DNA of 64,000 nucleotides from Nanobdellota archaeon (GTDB lineage Archaea; Nanobdellota; Nanobdellia; Tiddalikarchaeales; Tiddalikarchaeaceae), in assembly GCA_016931175.1 (NCBI GenBank), contig JAFGFH010000014.1:4553-68552 (forward strand), read 5' to 3'. How positions within the stretch are numbered: the stretch's first letter is position 1; each line of letters opens with the position of its first letter. Positions 1 through 8,782 of this stretch are shown here, piece after piece. The translations under genes were made by a program, and so were the position numbers. The notes under the pieces are model-generated. The model saw nothing but the letters and a program-made list of their open reading frames with translations, had not been told where the DNA came from and ran no database searches.

Positions 1-295
1 TATTGTATAATATTTCAGTGCTGAAACTTATGCCGTTAATTGCTGTCAATGCCTGGTTTAATTCCTCACTTACCTCCATCTCTTTATTAATATAATCTAT
101 AATCTCTGGAGGGAACTCTTTCAAGTCCTCGTAATCTGTTCCTTGAAATAGTTCATTGTCAAACGTTAAGCTTACTTGTTTGAGCTGCTCGCAGACTACC
201 TTCATTGGGTAATCGCTGCCGCCTATATCTATTGATTGGCTGAAAACTATTGGGAAACTAACAAAGATTACTGCTAGAATTAATAATTTCTTCAT
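1..295 (-). CDS. Partial CDS (start at 295, runs past window start): secreted protein with N-terminal signal peptide MKKLLILAVIFVSFPIVFSQS
   Basis: Manual revcomp translation of 295..1 is open for 98 codons with no stop. Hydrophobic signal-peptide-like N-terminus. Missing from the ORF track because no stop lies in the window. Confidence 0.4.
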   Translation of the reverse strand, partial: MKKLLILAVIFVSFPIVFSQSIDIGGSDYPMKVVCEQLKQVSLTFDNELFQGTDYEDLKEFPPEIIDYINKEMEVSEELNQALTAINGISFSTEILYN

Positions 296-332
296 TATTT
301 TTAATTAATAATAAGGTAAATAAAAAGCTTAC

Positions 333-569
333 TCAAGAGCTTAACTCTTCAATTATGTATCTAAGCCCGTTCCTGGCTTCTATGTAAAGGCCTTTCCTGG
401 CATTGCTGTATACATAGTTTAATTCTTGTATTAATCTGGTTCGTTTTGAACTGTTGGTAATATGAGGTTTCAAATCATCACCTAAGTTTATTATTATCTT
501 GTTAAGACTCTTATGGCTGGATTTAGGGTTAAAGTCCTTAACAATACCAGATATCTCTTCTAAATTCAT
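333..569 (-). CDS. Hypothetical small protein (78 aa)
   Basis: ORF with balanced composition and no recognised motif. Confidence 0.3.
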   Translation of the reverse strand: MNLEEISGIVKDFNPKSSHKSLNKIIINLGDDLKPHITNSSKRTRLIQELNYVYSNARKGLYIEARNGLRYIIEELSS

Positions 570-831
570 TAATTAATTCGGAAAAATTTGTTTTTTAAAA
601 AAATTTTGGAAAAAAGAGAAAAAAATAAGACAAGAAAGACGAGGTTAATTAATCCTCTTCATCATTCATGTCTTGTTCATCTTCTTCGTCGTCATCCCAT
701 GACTCTGGTTCTTCTGAATCCTTCTCGTCATCATCCCATTCGTCTTCTGAATCAAACTTCATATCAATTAAACCCTCACTGATTTTAATTAAAGATTGTT
801 TAAACCTTATATTTAAAAATGTTGTGAAGAA

Positions 832-904
832 TGGGCCCGGCCGGATTTGAACCGGCGACATTCGCCTTGTAAGGGCGACGTCATAACCTCTAGACCACGG
901 GCCC
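832..904 (-). tRNA. tRNA-Val (anticodon TAC)
   Basis: Minus-strand cloverleaf GGGCCCG/CGGGCCC acceptor, D-arm GTCT..TGAC, anticodon stem TCGCC/GGCGA with loop CTTACAA, T-arm CGCCG GTTCAAA TCCGG, discriminator A. CCA not encoded. Confidence 0.85.
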
Positions 905-950
905 AGTATAGGAATTAATAGAAAAGGAGTCTTTTAAAAAGTTTATCCGT

Positions 951-1526
951 TCAAGCTTCAACTGGTTTTTCCTGCATGAACTGTTCAAACCATGATTTAA
1001 CAACATCAGATTCACTTTCTTCTTTAAAGCCGCCGTTAAAGTATAAGACTACATATTTATGATTTGAGGGGAAGTATAAATAAGTATCGTGGCTGTAACC
1101 TGAATTATAACCTGTGTTATAAGTTGTTGTAAGCCACAATTCGCCCCATTTAAGCTCATAACCTTCTTTTAACAAGTTGTCCAGAAAAACCTCTTGAAAG
1201 GATTTAAATGCTGACTTTGCAGGGATTTCAGATTCGAATTCTATCCTTGCAACCCTGCCTCCTCCTATTATTAATTCAACTGCTTCGTCAGAAACTGCAG
1301 TGTGTTTAAGGTCTTCTTTAATCCTAAAACTGCCATTATAACACTCCCATTTAATACTAGTAAAGGGCATTATCTTGTTATCCGCACAGTTCTTAACATA
1401 CTCAGGGGTTTCAAAAACACCATTTACTTCTTTTGCAGTAAAATAAAGTTTAGTATATTCTGGCATAATAGGAATTGTCCGCAATAGTTCAAACCTCTCC
1501 TCTCTTGAAAGACTCCTGCTCTCCAT
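951..1526 (-). CDS. Hypothetical protein (191 aa)
   Basis: Long ORF with protein-like composition and no recognised domain. Confidence 0.45.
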   Translation of the reverse strand: MESRSLSREERFELLRTIPIMPEYTKLYFTAKEVNGVFETPEYVKNCADNKIMPFTSIKWECYNGSFRIKEDLKHTAVSDEAVELIIGGGRVARIEFESEIPAKSAFKSFQEVFLDNLLKEGYELKWGELWLTTTYNTGYNSGYSHDTYLYFPSNHKYVVLYFNGGFKEESESDVVKSWFEQFMQEKPVEA

Positions 1527-1617
1527 GTTTAAATTGTTTAAAATCGTGGTTTATAAAATGTTGTCACTATCATTTAGAAAATAAATTAATATAGTCCTCG
1601 TTTATTAGAAAATATTC

Positions 1618-2598
1618 ATGGGTGAAGTATTATTCAGCAAAGAGTTTGACAAATTATTGGAGAGTATTGATTTTTCAAAACTTGGCAAGAAGATTGCTAT
1701 TAAGTGCCATTTCGGGGAGGAAGGGTGCACTACTTTCATTCCTCCAAGTATTGTTAAGAAATTGTATGATAAGGTTAAGACTAAGAGTAACACTGTTGAC
1801 TTAGTTGACTGCAACGTCTTATACAAGGGTGCTAGGACTACTAAAACTGAGCATTTGAAGACTGCTAAAGAGCACGGTTTCACCTTCGCGCCTGTTAAGA
1901 TATTAGATGGAGAATACGGGCAGGACGTTGCTGAAATTAATAACAGCAAGATTGGGAAAGGTATTAAGGATTACGACTCAATTATTGTTCTTACCCATTT
2001 CAAGGGCCACATGGAGACTGGATTCGGCGGGGCTTTGAAGAATATTGGTATGGGATTAGCGAGCCGTGCAGGAAAATTATACCTGCATGGTGATACTGCT
2101 AAGCCTAGTGTTAACAAGAGCAAGTGTATTGGGTGCGGGGTTTGTATTAGTGAATGCCCTGTTGAGTGCATAAAATTAAAGGATGAGAAGGCTGAGATTG
2201 TTCAAGAAGACTGCATTGGCTGCGCTATGTGCATCGCGGTATGCCCTGTTTGCGCTATCAAGATTCCATGGGCAGGCTCAACACCTTTCAAGGTGCAGGA
2301 GAAGATATGCGATTACACTAAAAACGTATTGTCATTATTCGGCAAAAATACTGTGTTCATTAATTGCTTGATTAATATTACCACTAACTGCGACTGCATG
2401 AGCACTAAACAGGAGCCAGTAATTGAAGACATAGGATTTCTCTACTCCAAAGACTTGATAAGTTTAGAGTCTGCGAGCAAAGAATTGGTTACAAAGAAGG
2501 CAATGAAGTTGAAAGGCGTATTATTCAACCACATGCTAGACTACGCGGAAAAGACAGGACTGGGAAAGAAAGAATATAAAATACTTGAAATAAAATAA
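1618..2598 (+). CDS. DUF362-type iron-sulfur protein with two 4Fe-4S ferredoxin motifs
   Basis: Two CxxCxxCxxxCP motifs (CIGCGVCISECP and CIGCAMCIAVCP) inside a roughly 320 aa protein typical of the DUF362 family. Confidence 0.65.
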   Translation: MGEVLFSKEFDKLLESIDFSKLGKKIAIKCHFGEEGCTTFIPPSIVKKLYDKVKTKSNTVDLVDCNVLYKGARTTKTEHLKTAKEHGFTFAPVKILDGEYGQDVAEINNSKIGKGIKDYDSIIVLTHFKGHMETGFGGALKNIGMGLASRAGKLYLHGDTAKPSVNKSKCIGCGVCISECPVECIKLKDEKAEIVQEDCIGCAMCIAVCPVCAIKIPWAGSTPFKVQEKICDYTKNVLSLFGKNTVFINCLINITTNCDCMSTKQEPVIEDIGFLYSKDLISLESASKELVTKKAMKLKGVLFNHMLDYAEKTGLGKKEYKILEIK

Positions 2599-2601
2599 GA
2601 A

Positions 2602-2734
2602 TGGCGCTGGGGCCGAGATTCGAACTCGGGCTCCCTTGCGGGAACAGGTTAATTGCAAGATCTATGCAGGACTCTTAAAAGTCTGGAGTCGTCTTTTAGC
2701 AAACCTGCGCATTAGACCGCTCTGCCACCCCAGC
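2602..2734 (-). tRNA. Intron-containing type-II tRNA, read as tRNA-Ser (GCT), with encoded CCA
   Basis: Minus strand: acceptor GCTGGGG/CCCCAGC, 3-bp D stem, anticodon stem CAGGT...ACCTG interrupted by a roughly 45 nt insert after position 37, long variable arm TCCCGCAAGGGA, T-arm CCGAG TTCGAAT CTCGG, discriminator G then CCA. Anticodon assignment GCT is by eye. Confidence 0.6.
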
Positions 2735-2735
2735 A

Positions 2736-5312
2736 TTAAGTAATTAAAACAATTATTTGGTTTATAAAATTAACTAATAATTCAAAGAGGGAGACTTCGT
2801 CAAAGTAGTAAATTCCTTTACTATCCTCTTCTGTTGGCACAACTACCACACTGAATTGTTCAACAAGGTAATCCTCTGGGTTGTTAACATTATTCATTGT
2901 CAAAGTGAAGCTTATCTCTCCGCTTATAACGGGGTAAACGTCAATGTAAGTAACGAAGTCTGATAATGGAGGAACTGTTACAGTTAAAGTATTTGACTCT
3001 GACACTGTGAAGCGGGCGTAGCCGTTATCATAATTCAAAACCAGATTATAAGTTTGGAACTCGTTCAAAGGATTATTTATTGTGAAATTTATGGTTCCAG
3101 AATAAGTGTTGCCTGAAACTAAGAGTCCTGGAGGCAGTTCAACACTAACCTCGCTCGGCGTGTAATAACTCCTTGCCCAAGTATTATTAGATAAACAGTA
3201 ATAAGCGCCTTTAACAATTCCTGTAGCAACGTTGGTATCAACTCCTCCAGCATCACTAACCTGGTCGTTGCAGTCAAATAATTGCCCGCTTGAACAGTAC
3301 AAACTATTACTAATGTTCCCGCTGCTCATTGCAAAACCATTATAACAGCAGCTGCTTTGCCCGAGCCAGTCATCACTAGTCCCGTTGTTCCCGCAGCAAT
3401 AAGGACTCTCACCTGTGTTGTAATTTGGAATCCAAGACCAAGTCGTTGACGCGTTCACGCATAAACTGTAAGTATTCTCAGGATAAGAAGAGCAGTCAAT
3501 ATCAGGGGTTTCACAATACATGCCATAATCCTCCAAGCAGACTCCATCTATTAAACCGCAGTAAATTATTGAACCATTAAAGCAGGCGCCTGAACTATTA
3601 AAGAAAGTATCAAAGGCACCGTCATCACCGCAGCACGCAGCTATCAAATCACCGCTCCTGCCGCTGTTCCATGAAAAATCTAGTGCATCAAGATAAAAAT
3701 CACTATCCTGGTAGTATGATATGAAGTTCCAATTATCCAAATCAGTGCATGTGCCGTAAAAGCCCAGGTTGCTTCCAATTAATACATTATCTTTGTAAAC
3801 ACTCCATGACGAAGCACAGTCATAAATTACTTTATAATAATGCCATAATCCGTCTTTCTGATTCTTTGATTCCAATGTCTTAACCACACCATCATAGTAA
3901 AAGAGTTGGGAACTGCTCCAGTATAATCTAAGATTTCCTCCTCCTGAACCAGAAACCCATAGCCTGTTTTCACCAGAACCTCCTGGCATATTCTTCATCC
4001 AGAAATCAAACGTTCCAGACGCCTGGTTCTGGGTAGTAACACTGACTCCGAAATCACCATTTGTTGCACTCGTATGAAGCATGTGATAAACCTTTTCATG
4101 ACCATCCATTTGTTCAACAACTTCATTAGTTCCGTAATCAGTTCCATAAAGAACCCATCCTGAAGCTATACCTTCACCATTATTATCATAAGTGAATGAA
4201 TAAGTTGCAGGATAATTTGAGTTGTTAAACCAAGTATAGGAATAATCCTCACATAGTGTTTGATTAAAATCTAAAGGATGGAATGTTGCATATCCCTGAT
4301 AGCAGAAACTATTAGTTGTGCTTATACTATTATTATAAAAATTATCATACGCACCGTCATCACCGCAGCAGGATGCATTCGTTCCCGTTGTTGTTCCATA
4401 AAACCAGTCATAACCGTAAATAGTGCAAAGATTTTCACTGTCATCTAATCCATTAATGTAATACTCTGCGTTGTAGCAGAAACTTCCAGTATTCAAAGTT
4501 CCGTTGTAGAAAGTGTCATAAACGCTGTCATCACCGCAGCAAGAAGGAACAGTGTTGTTCGCGTTCAAAGTATTCCAGTCTTTATTCACTGCATCAATCC
4601 ATAAGTAATGGTTGGATGACGCGGAGGATATGACTGCTCCAGTTCCAAATAATTGATTCGTGGCTCCCAGAGTGCCCCAGTCACCGTACAAATTGCACGT
4701 TACTGGACTATTATCATCAAAGGTTACTTCAAAGGTTGAACTCGTGTTGTCAAATTCTACATTAATGTAGTGCCACTGGTTTGCGATTACTGTTCCTACT
4801 AGGGTCATGCCTGCGCCTGCGCCCTCAGCGCACGCAATATCTGACGTGATTATTATTGCTCCCAGGCTCGCAGTCCCGAATGCTAGAACAGGGCTCGCAC
4901 CTGCTGCTCCATTAGATAATAATTCTGCAATTCCGAAGGCGTTGCCAGGGTCTGCCATCCTAAACCAGAAACTCCAATTGCCTTTGGCCTGATTAAAATT
5001 AGCCGTTGCGGACAAGTATTTCTCATTATCAGGGTCAGCATCATTATCCCAGAACTCGTAAACCTTAGCGTGCCCGTCAACTTCATCAACTACGTAACCG
5101 TAACCAGGGTCCGCGCTGCCCCATAGCATGAAACCAGTCGGATTAATCGTGCCATTAGGGTAATCAAAGGATTCAGTAGCATTATAGTGAGAGTTGTTAA
5201 TCCAGTCAAAACCGCTGGACGTGCAAGCAGAAGCAGAAGTATCTTCAGCGAATGTTGCAAAACAAGGGCTAATAAGGATTATAAATATAAAGAAATACTT
5301 CAACCTCCCCAT
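2736..5312 (-). CDS. Secreted cysteine-rich surface protein with two ConA/LamG-like lectin-like domains and four CCGDDGAYD-type repeats
   Basis: ORF track gives 2736..5372. Start chosen at the internal Met (MGRLKYFFIFIILISPCFATFA signal peptide), which also avoids overlap with the structured RNA at 5346-5620. Repeats SCCGDDSVYDTFYN, SCCGDDGAYDNFYN, ACCGDDGAFDTFFN, YCCGNNGTSDDW. Two similar roughly 200 aa domains each containing DGH(A/E)KVY. Confidence 0.65.
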   Translation of the reverse strand: MGRLKYFFIFIILISPCFATFAEDTSASACTSSGFDWINNSHYNATESFDYPNGTINPTGFMLWGSADPGYGYVVDEVDGHAKVYEFWDNDADPDNEKYLSATANFNQAKGNWSFWFRMADPGNAFGIAELLSNGAAGASPVLAFGTASLGAIIITSDIACAEGAGAGMTLVGTVIANQWHYINVEFDNTSSTFEVTFDDNSPVTCNLYGDWGTLGATNQLFGTGAVISSASSNHYLWIDAVNKDWNTLNANNTVPSCCGDDSVYDTFYNGTLNTGSFCYNAEYYINGLDDSENLCTIYGYDWFYGTTTGTNASCCGDDGAYDNFYNNSISTTNSFCYQGYATFHPLDFNQTLCEDYSYTWFNNSNYPATYSFTYDNNGEGIASGWVLYGTDYGTNEVVEQMDGHEKVYHMLHTSATNGDFGVSVTTQNQASGTFDFWMKNMPGGSGENRLWVSGSGGGNLRLYWSSSQLFYYDGVVKTLESKNQKDGLWHYYKVIYDCASSWSVYKDNVLIGSNLGFYGTCTDLDNWNFISYYQDSDFYLDALDFSWNSGRSGDLIAACCGDDGAFDTFFNSSGACFNGSIIYCGLIDGVCLEDYGMYCETPDIDCSSYPENTYSLCVNASTTWSWIPNYNTGESPYCCGNNGTSDDWLGQSSCCYNGFAMSSGNISNSLYCSSGQLFDCNDQVSDAGGVDTNVATGIVKGAYYCLSNNTWARSYYTPSEVSVELPPGLLVSGNTYSGTINFTINNPLNEFQTYNLVLNYDNGYARFTVSESNTLTVTVPPLSDFVTYIDVYPVISGEISFTLTMNNVNNPEDYLVEQFSVVVVPTEEDSKGIYYFDEVSLFELLVNFINQIIVLIT

Positions 5313-5345
5313 ATTATTAATAAGAAGTGTAGCGGTTTTAAAAAA

Positions 5346-5620
5346 TGTAGTGGAGGGAGCTCCTAAGCACAACCATGCATCCCAGTGAACTTAACCAAAC
5401 ACTTTGCTCCACCCTGCTACCTCACGAACACCGAAGAGGATAACTTATAGCTGCTCCCGTCAAGGCCTGACTCTTTCATTAACATCAAGGTCCCGTGAGA
5501 CAAGGCTTCGACGCGCGGTGTAAGGGGTTCTCTAAGGTGCGAAGCCACACTCAGGTATTCAGCTCTGCCAGCAACTTGCAGCGAGGGGTTTCGTTAAAAC
5601 CCAGCCTATCCCTCCAAAAA
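5346..5620 (-). ncRNA. Candidate signal recognition particle RNA (7S/SRP RNA)
   Basis: Non-coding island of about 270 nt, visibly GC-richer than its surroundings. Terminal helix GGAGGGA (5352-5358) pairs with TCCCTCC (5609-5615), as in archaeal SRP RNA helix 1. The minus strand carries GUCAGGCC-UUGAC-GGGAGCAGC, resembling the helix 8 apex CAGGCCC-GGAA-GGGAGCAA. Several internal hairpins, e.g. GGGUUU-CGUUA-AAACCC. Strand and exact ends uncertain. Confidence 0.45.
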
Positions 5621-5661
5621 TTACAAGCAAGTTTTTAAGTTATAAAACTATCGAATAAGAT

Positions 5662-6732
5662 GTGAACGTTGAAAAAGAGATTAAAACCCTTGCAAAGACT
5701 TTAGTGGATTATTGTGTTAAGGTCAAGCAGGGCGAATTGGTTTTAGTAAAATTCAACGGTCCTGGCAGGCAATTAGTTGACGAGCTGACTAAATTAATAA
5801 GCTTGAAAGGTGCTTACTCACTGACTACTTTAAGGAATTATAATTATTACAAGTATTCTCCAATGAAGTCTTTGCAGAAAGAATTTCCTCTTGGGAAGGA
5901 GATAAGCGAGAAAGTAAATTGTGTGATATCAATTGATGACAGCGAGGACTTGTTTAAGCTTAAAATTGTTGATAATAAGAGGTTAAACGCTGCTTCGATT
6001 GCTAATCTGGAGAATGACAGGAGAATTATTGAGGAAAAAAAGTGGTGCATTGTAAGATACCCTACTAGTGCTTTCGCACAGCAGGCAGAGATGGGATTAG
6101 AAGAATACCAGAGTTACGCTTTTAAGACTATGAATATAAACTGGGTTAAGAAGAAAAAAGAAAGCGTTAAGTTAAAGAAATTAATGGATGATACGGATAT
6201 TGTTAGAATCGTTGGGGATAAGATGGATTTAAGTTTCAGCATTAAAGGAAGAAAGAGCATAATCTGTGCTGCAGAGTATAACATGCCAGGGGGAGAGGTT
6301 TGGACAGCTCCTGTTAAAGAAACAGTTAACGGCGTAATGCACTGCCCTGTTGCTTACTATAATGGTAAAAAGTTTGAAAACATAACACTTCATTTCAGGA
6401 AAGGAAGAATTACTGAATTCTCAGTTAAGAATAACAAGAAAGAGTTTGAGAAGATTATAAACGCTGACAAGCATGCAAGGTTCATAGGAGAGTTGGGTAT
6501 TGGAACAAATTATAATATTAAGAAAGTGGTTGGGGATATATTATTTGATGAAAAGATTGGAGGAACCATACATTTGGCGCTGGGTTCTGCTTACAGGGAA
6601 AATTTCAGGGAAGATTTTTCAAAGATGAGCAAGAAAGCAGGTGCGGAATTATCAAACGAGAGCGCGGTTCACTGGGATATGATAATAAGACCTAAGAGTT
6701 TATTCTTCGACGGTAAAAGAGTAAAGATATGA
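5662..6732 (+). CDS. Aminopeptidase-like protein (M29/AmpS-type, tentative); GTG start
   Basis: 356 aa ORF with EVWTAP and GELGIGTN segments reminiscent of thermophilic M29 aminopeptidases. Assignment by memory of family motifs only. Confidence 0.45.
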   Translation: MNVEKEIKTLAKTLVDYCVKVKQGELVLVKFNGPGRQLVDELTKLISLKGAYSLTTLRNYNYYKYSPMKSLQKEFPLGKEISEKVNCVISIDDSEDLFKLKIVDNKRLNAASIANLENDRRIIEEKKWCIVRYPTSAFAQQAEMGLEEYQSYAFKTMNINWVKKKKESVKLKKLMDDTDIVRIVGDKMDLSFSIKGRKSIICAAEYNMPGGEVWTAPVKETVNGVMHCPVAYYNGKKFENITLHFRKGRITEFSVKNNKKEFEKIINADKHARFIGELGIGTNYNIKKVVGDILFDEKIGGTIHLALGSAYRENFREDFSKMSKKAGAELSNESAVHWDMIIRPKSLFFDGKRVKI

Positions 6733-7534
6733 AAACAATAGATAAGAAGATTATTAAGTAATTGCTCTCATCCGCTACTATTATATTAAAACCTCCTCTT
6801 GAACTGCTGAAAACCTCGTAATTAAAGTTTATTATCACTCTGTTATAAACGCATTCCTCATCTGTTAAGTAAACAGTGTAAAAACCTGAAGCACCGCTCA
6901 TTACAGGTATTAAAGAATGGGAGAAAATTATGTCCTCTCCTGGCTGGAGGTGAAAAACTTCATTGCTTATGTGAGAAGTTGAATAATCACCTTTAGAGGT
7001 GATAATTTCAGAAAATATTGACTCTTCATAGTTAACGCTTACATTAAAATTAAGCGTTTGGAAACCGTTGTTGGAAACTGAGTATAAGAGTTTGCCGACA
7101 TCATCTGTTTGTATGCCAATTATTGTGTTAATATCCTCTGGTGAGGATATTTCAACAATTAAAGGAGAAGCAGTCAGTATGGTGTAAAGAGTAGAGTTAG
7201 CAATCTTTGTTCCTGAAGAATCATCATAAGTGAAGTTTGCAAAGAACTCGTAAAGGTTGTCTCTTGGTTCGCAGCCAATGCTTACTTCAAATATTACTTC
7301 AGCGCTTGAACCTGCAGGTATTGAATCTGGTGAGAAGTAAATATTATAGTTTGAAAAACCGTTAAGTGTTTTATTGGTTAAATAAGCAGCCTCATCCCCG
7401 TTGTTAACGAGTGTGAATGTTATTCTTGACAAAGAGTTTGAATAAACGTAAGTATAAGACGCGCTGTCAACGTTAATATTGGCTGCTCCGAAAGCAATAG
7501 GCAGCAAGAAGAGGAGCAAAAATAGTTTCTTCAT
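6692..7534 (-). CDS. Secreted protein with signal peptide and C-terminal transmembrane anchor
   Basis: N-terminus MKKLFLLLFLLPIAFGA. C-terminal hydrophobic helix followed by the basic tail YRRRINS. Beta-rich composition. Confidence 0.55.
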   Translation of the reverse strand: MKKLFLLLFLLPIAFGAANINVDSASYTYVYSNSLSRITFTLVNNGDEAAYLTNKTLNGFSNYNIYFSPDSIPAGSSAEVIFEVSIGCEPRDNLYEFFANFTYDDSSGTKIANSTLYTILTASPLIVEISSPEDINTIIGIQTDDVGKLLYSVSNNGFQTLNFNVSVNYEESIFSEIITSKGDYSTSHISNEVFHLQPGEDIIFSHSLIPVMSGASGFYTVYLTDEECVYNRVIINFNYEVFSSSRGGFNIIVADESNYLIIFLSIVFISLLFYRRRINS

Positions 7535-7602
7535 TAAAAATAAAGAGTCTTGTTCGAGTTAAATAAATTACTGAAAAAAATAGAAAAGTTTAATAGAACT
7601 TT

Positions 7603-8751
7603 TTAAAGCTCTATTAAATTAACCTGTTTGCTTTTGGCTTTGATATTGTTAGATACTATGTTTGAAACTCCTTTCTCTTCTGCAATAGAAACTAATTCCT
7701 TGTCAACAACGCCGTCCACAACTATTGAAACTATGTTATCTGAGCTGTCTGTTAATGTGTTAACTATTTCTGAAGCTGGAAGTTTTCCCTTAATGTTCAT
7801 GTTTTCATCCAACAAGTAAGCTCCTCTTGTTCCGAACAAGTCATTAAGAAGCTCTTTGAACTTATTAGCCTCTCCTTTAACCTCTTTATGAACTTTTTTG
7901 GAGGATGACATCATCTTGCCTCTTGTCTTCTTTCCAAAAAACTCGCTTGCTTTCATCCTTGAACGAAGACATTTGTGAATCTCTTTGCTGGTTAATTCTT
8001 CAACCTCTTTGCCGTCAGGCGCAACTGCTATGTATTCCAAGTTGCCTAGGTTCATCACTTTCTGGGCAATTAATTTCCCTCCCCTGTCGCCGTCAACAAA
8101 CAAGGTACAAACCTTAGTGTCAAGAATTTTTTTAACAGATTTCGGAACGTTTACTCCGTTAACGGATAATAAACCGCCGAAGCGGTTCTTCAGCATGTTA
8201 ACTACATCAGCTCTTCCTTCAACAAGGATTACCTCCTCTGCTGATTCAATATCGTTTGAAGCAGCTAATTTGTCAGGCCCGTACTCTATCAAGTTTGCAG
8301 CCCTCACGCTTTTCTTAACAGTGCTCATTATTTCTTGTGAATCTGTTGATTCCAAATTTAGTTTTTTAAGAAGATTCTTTGCCCTGTCCATTATCATCTC
8401 TCTTTTGTTAAAGCGAACGTCTTCAATCTCTTTCACATTAACCTCTGCTACGCAGGGTCCGATTCTTTCAATAGTTTCAAGGCTTGCAGCTATTATTGCC
8501 GTTTCAGCCTTTGCTAAACTGCTTGGAACTGTTATTGTTCCAGTAGTTTTATCATTCTTTGTTTCAACTTTAACATCTATTCTTCCTATCCTTCCGCTTT
8601 TCTGAAGCTCGCGAAGCTCTAACTCATCACCAAGCAAACCCTCTGTCTGCCCGAAGATGGCGCCTACGATATCATTCTTGTCTATACTTCCTTCAGCTTC
8701 AATCGCTGCGGTTATGATATACTTGGTTGAAACAGGATATATCTTACCCAT
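7603..8751 (-). CDS. dnaG: DNA primase DnaG (archaeal Toprim primase)
   Basis: N-terminus ...IITAAIEAEGSIDKNDIVGAIFGQTEGLLG is characteristic of archaeal DnaG. Toprim region VEGRADVVNM...DGDRGG. Confidence 0.85.
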   Translation of the reverse strand: MGKIYPVSTKYIITAAIEAEGSIDKNDIVGAIFGQTEGLLGDELELRELQKSGRIGRIDVKVETKNDKTTGTITVPSSLAKAETAIIAASLETIERIGPCVAEVNVKEIEDVRFNKREMIMDRAKNLLKKLNLESTDSQEIMSTVKKSVRAANLIEYGPDKLAASNDIESAEEVILVEGRADVVNMLKNRFGGLLSVNGVNVPKSVKKILDTKVCTLFVDGDRGGKLIAQKVMNLGNLEYIAVAPDGKEVEELTSKEIHKCLRSRMKASEFFGKKTRGKMMSSSKKVHKEVKGEANKFKELLNDLFGTRGAYLLDENMNIKGKLPASEIVNTLTDSSDNIVSIVVDGVVDKELVSIAEEKGVSNIVSNNIKAKSKQVNLIEL

Positions 8752-8782
8752 AACTTTTCATTCACCTCTGAATTTTTTTACT

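Noticed and set aside
668-850. + strand ORF encoding a poly-Ser peptide (MSCSSSSSSSHDSGSSESFSSSSHSSS...)
   Set aside because: It is the antisense reading of the poly-acidic GAA/GAT-rich stretch and also overlaps tRNA-Val, so it is not credible as a gene.
1622-1804. 60 aa alternative-frame ORF at the start of the DUF362 gene
   Set aside because: It is out of frame, overlaps a well-supported CDS, and its translation is arginine/leucine-rich and low complexity.
5373-5661. RNase P RNA or 5S rRNA as identity of the GC-rich island
   Set aside because: No GGAAAGUCC-type P4 motif on either strand, and the length and terminal helix do not fit 5S. The SRP-like helix-8 apex on the minus strand fits better, though unconfirmed.
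7985-8605. 206 aa + strand ORF inside dnaG (and similar long antisense ORFs at 17527-17940, 24020-24442, 43440-44015, 40548-41024, 53482-53790)
   Set aside because: They lie entirely within strongly supported genes on the opposite strand. Their translations are Ser/Leu/Thr-rich and low complexity, typical shadow ORFs of AT-rich coding DNA.
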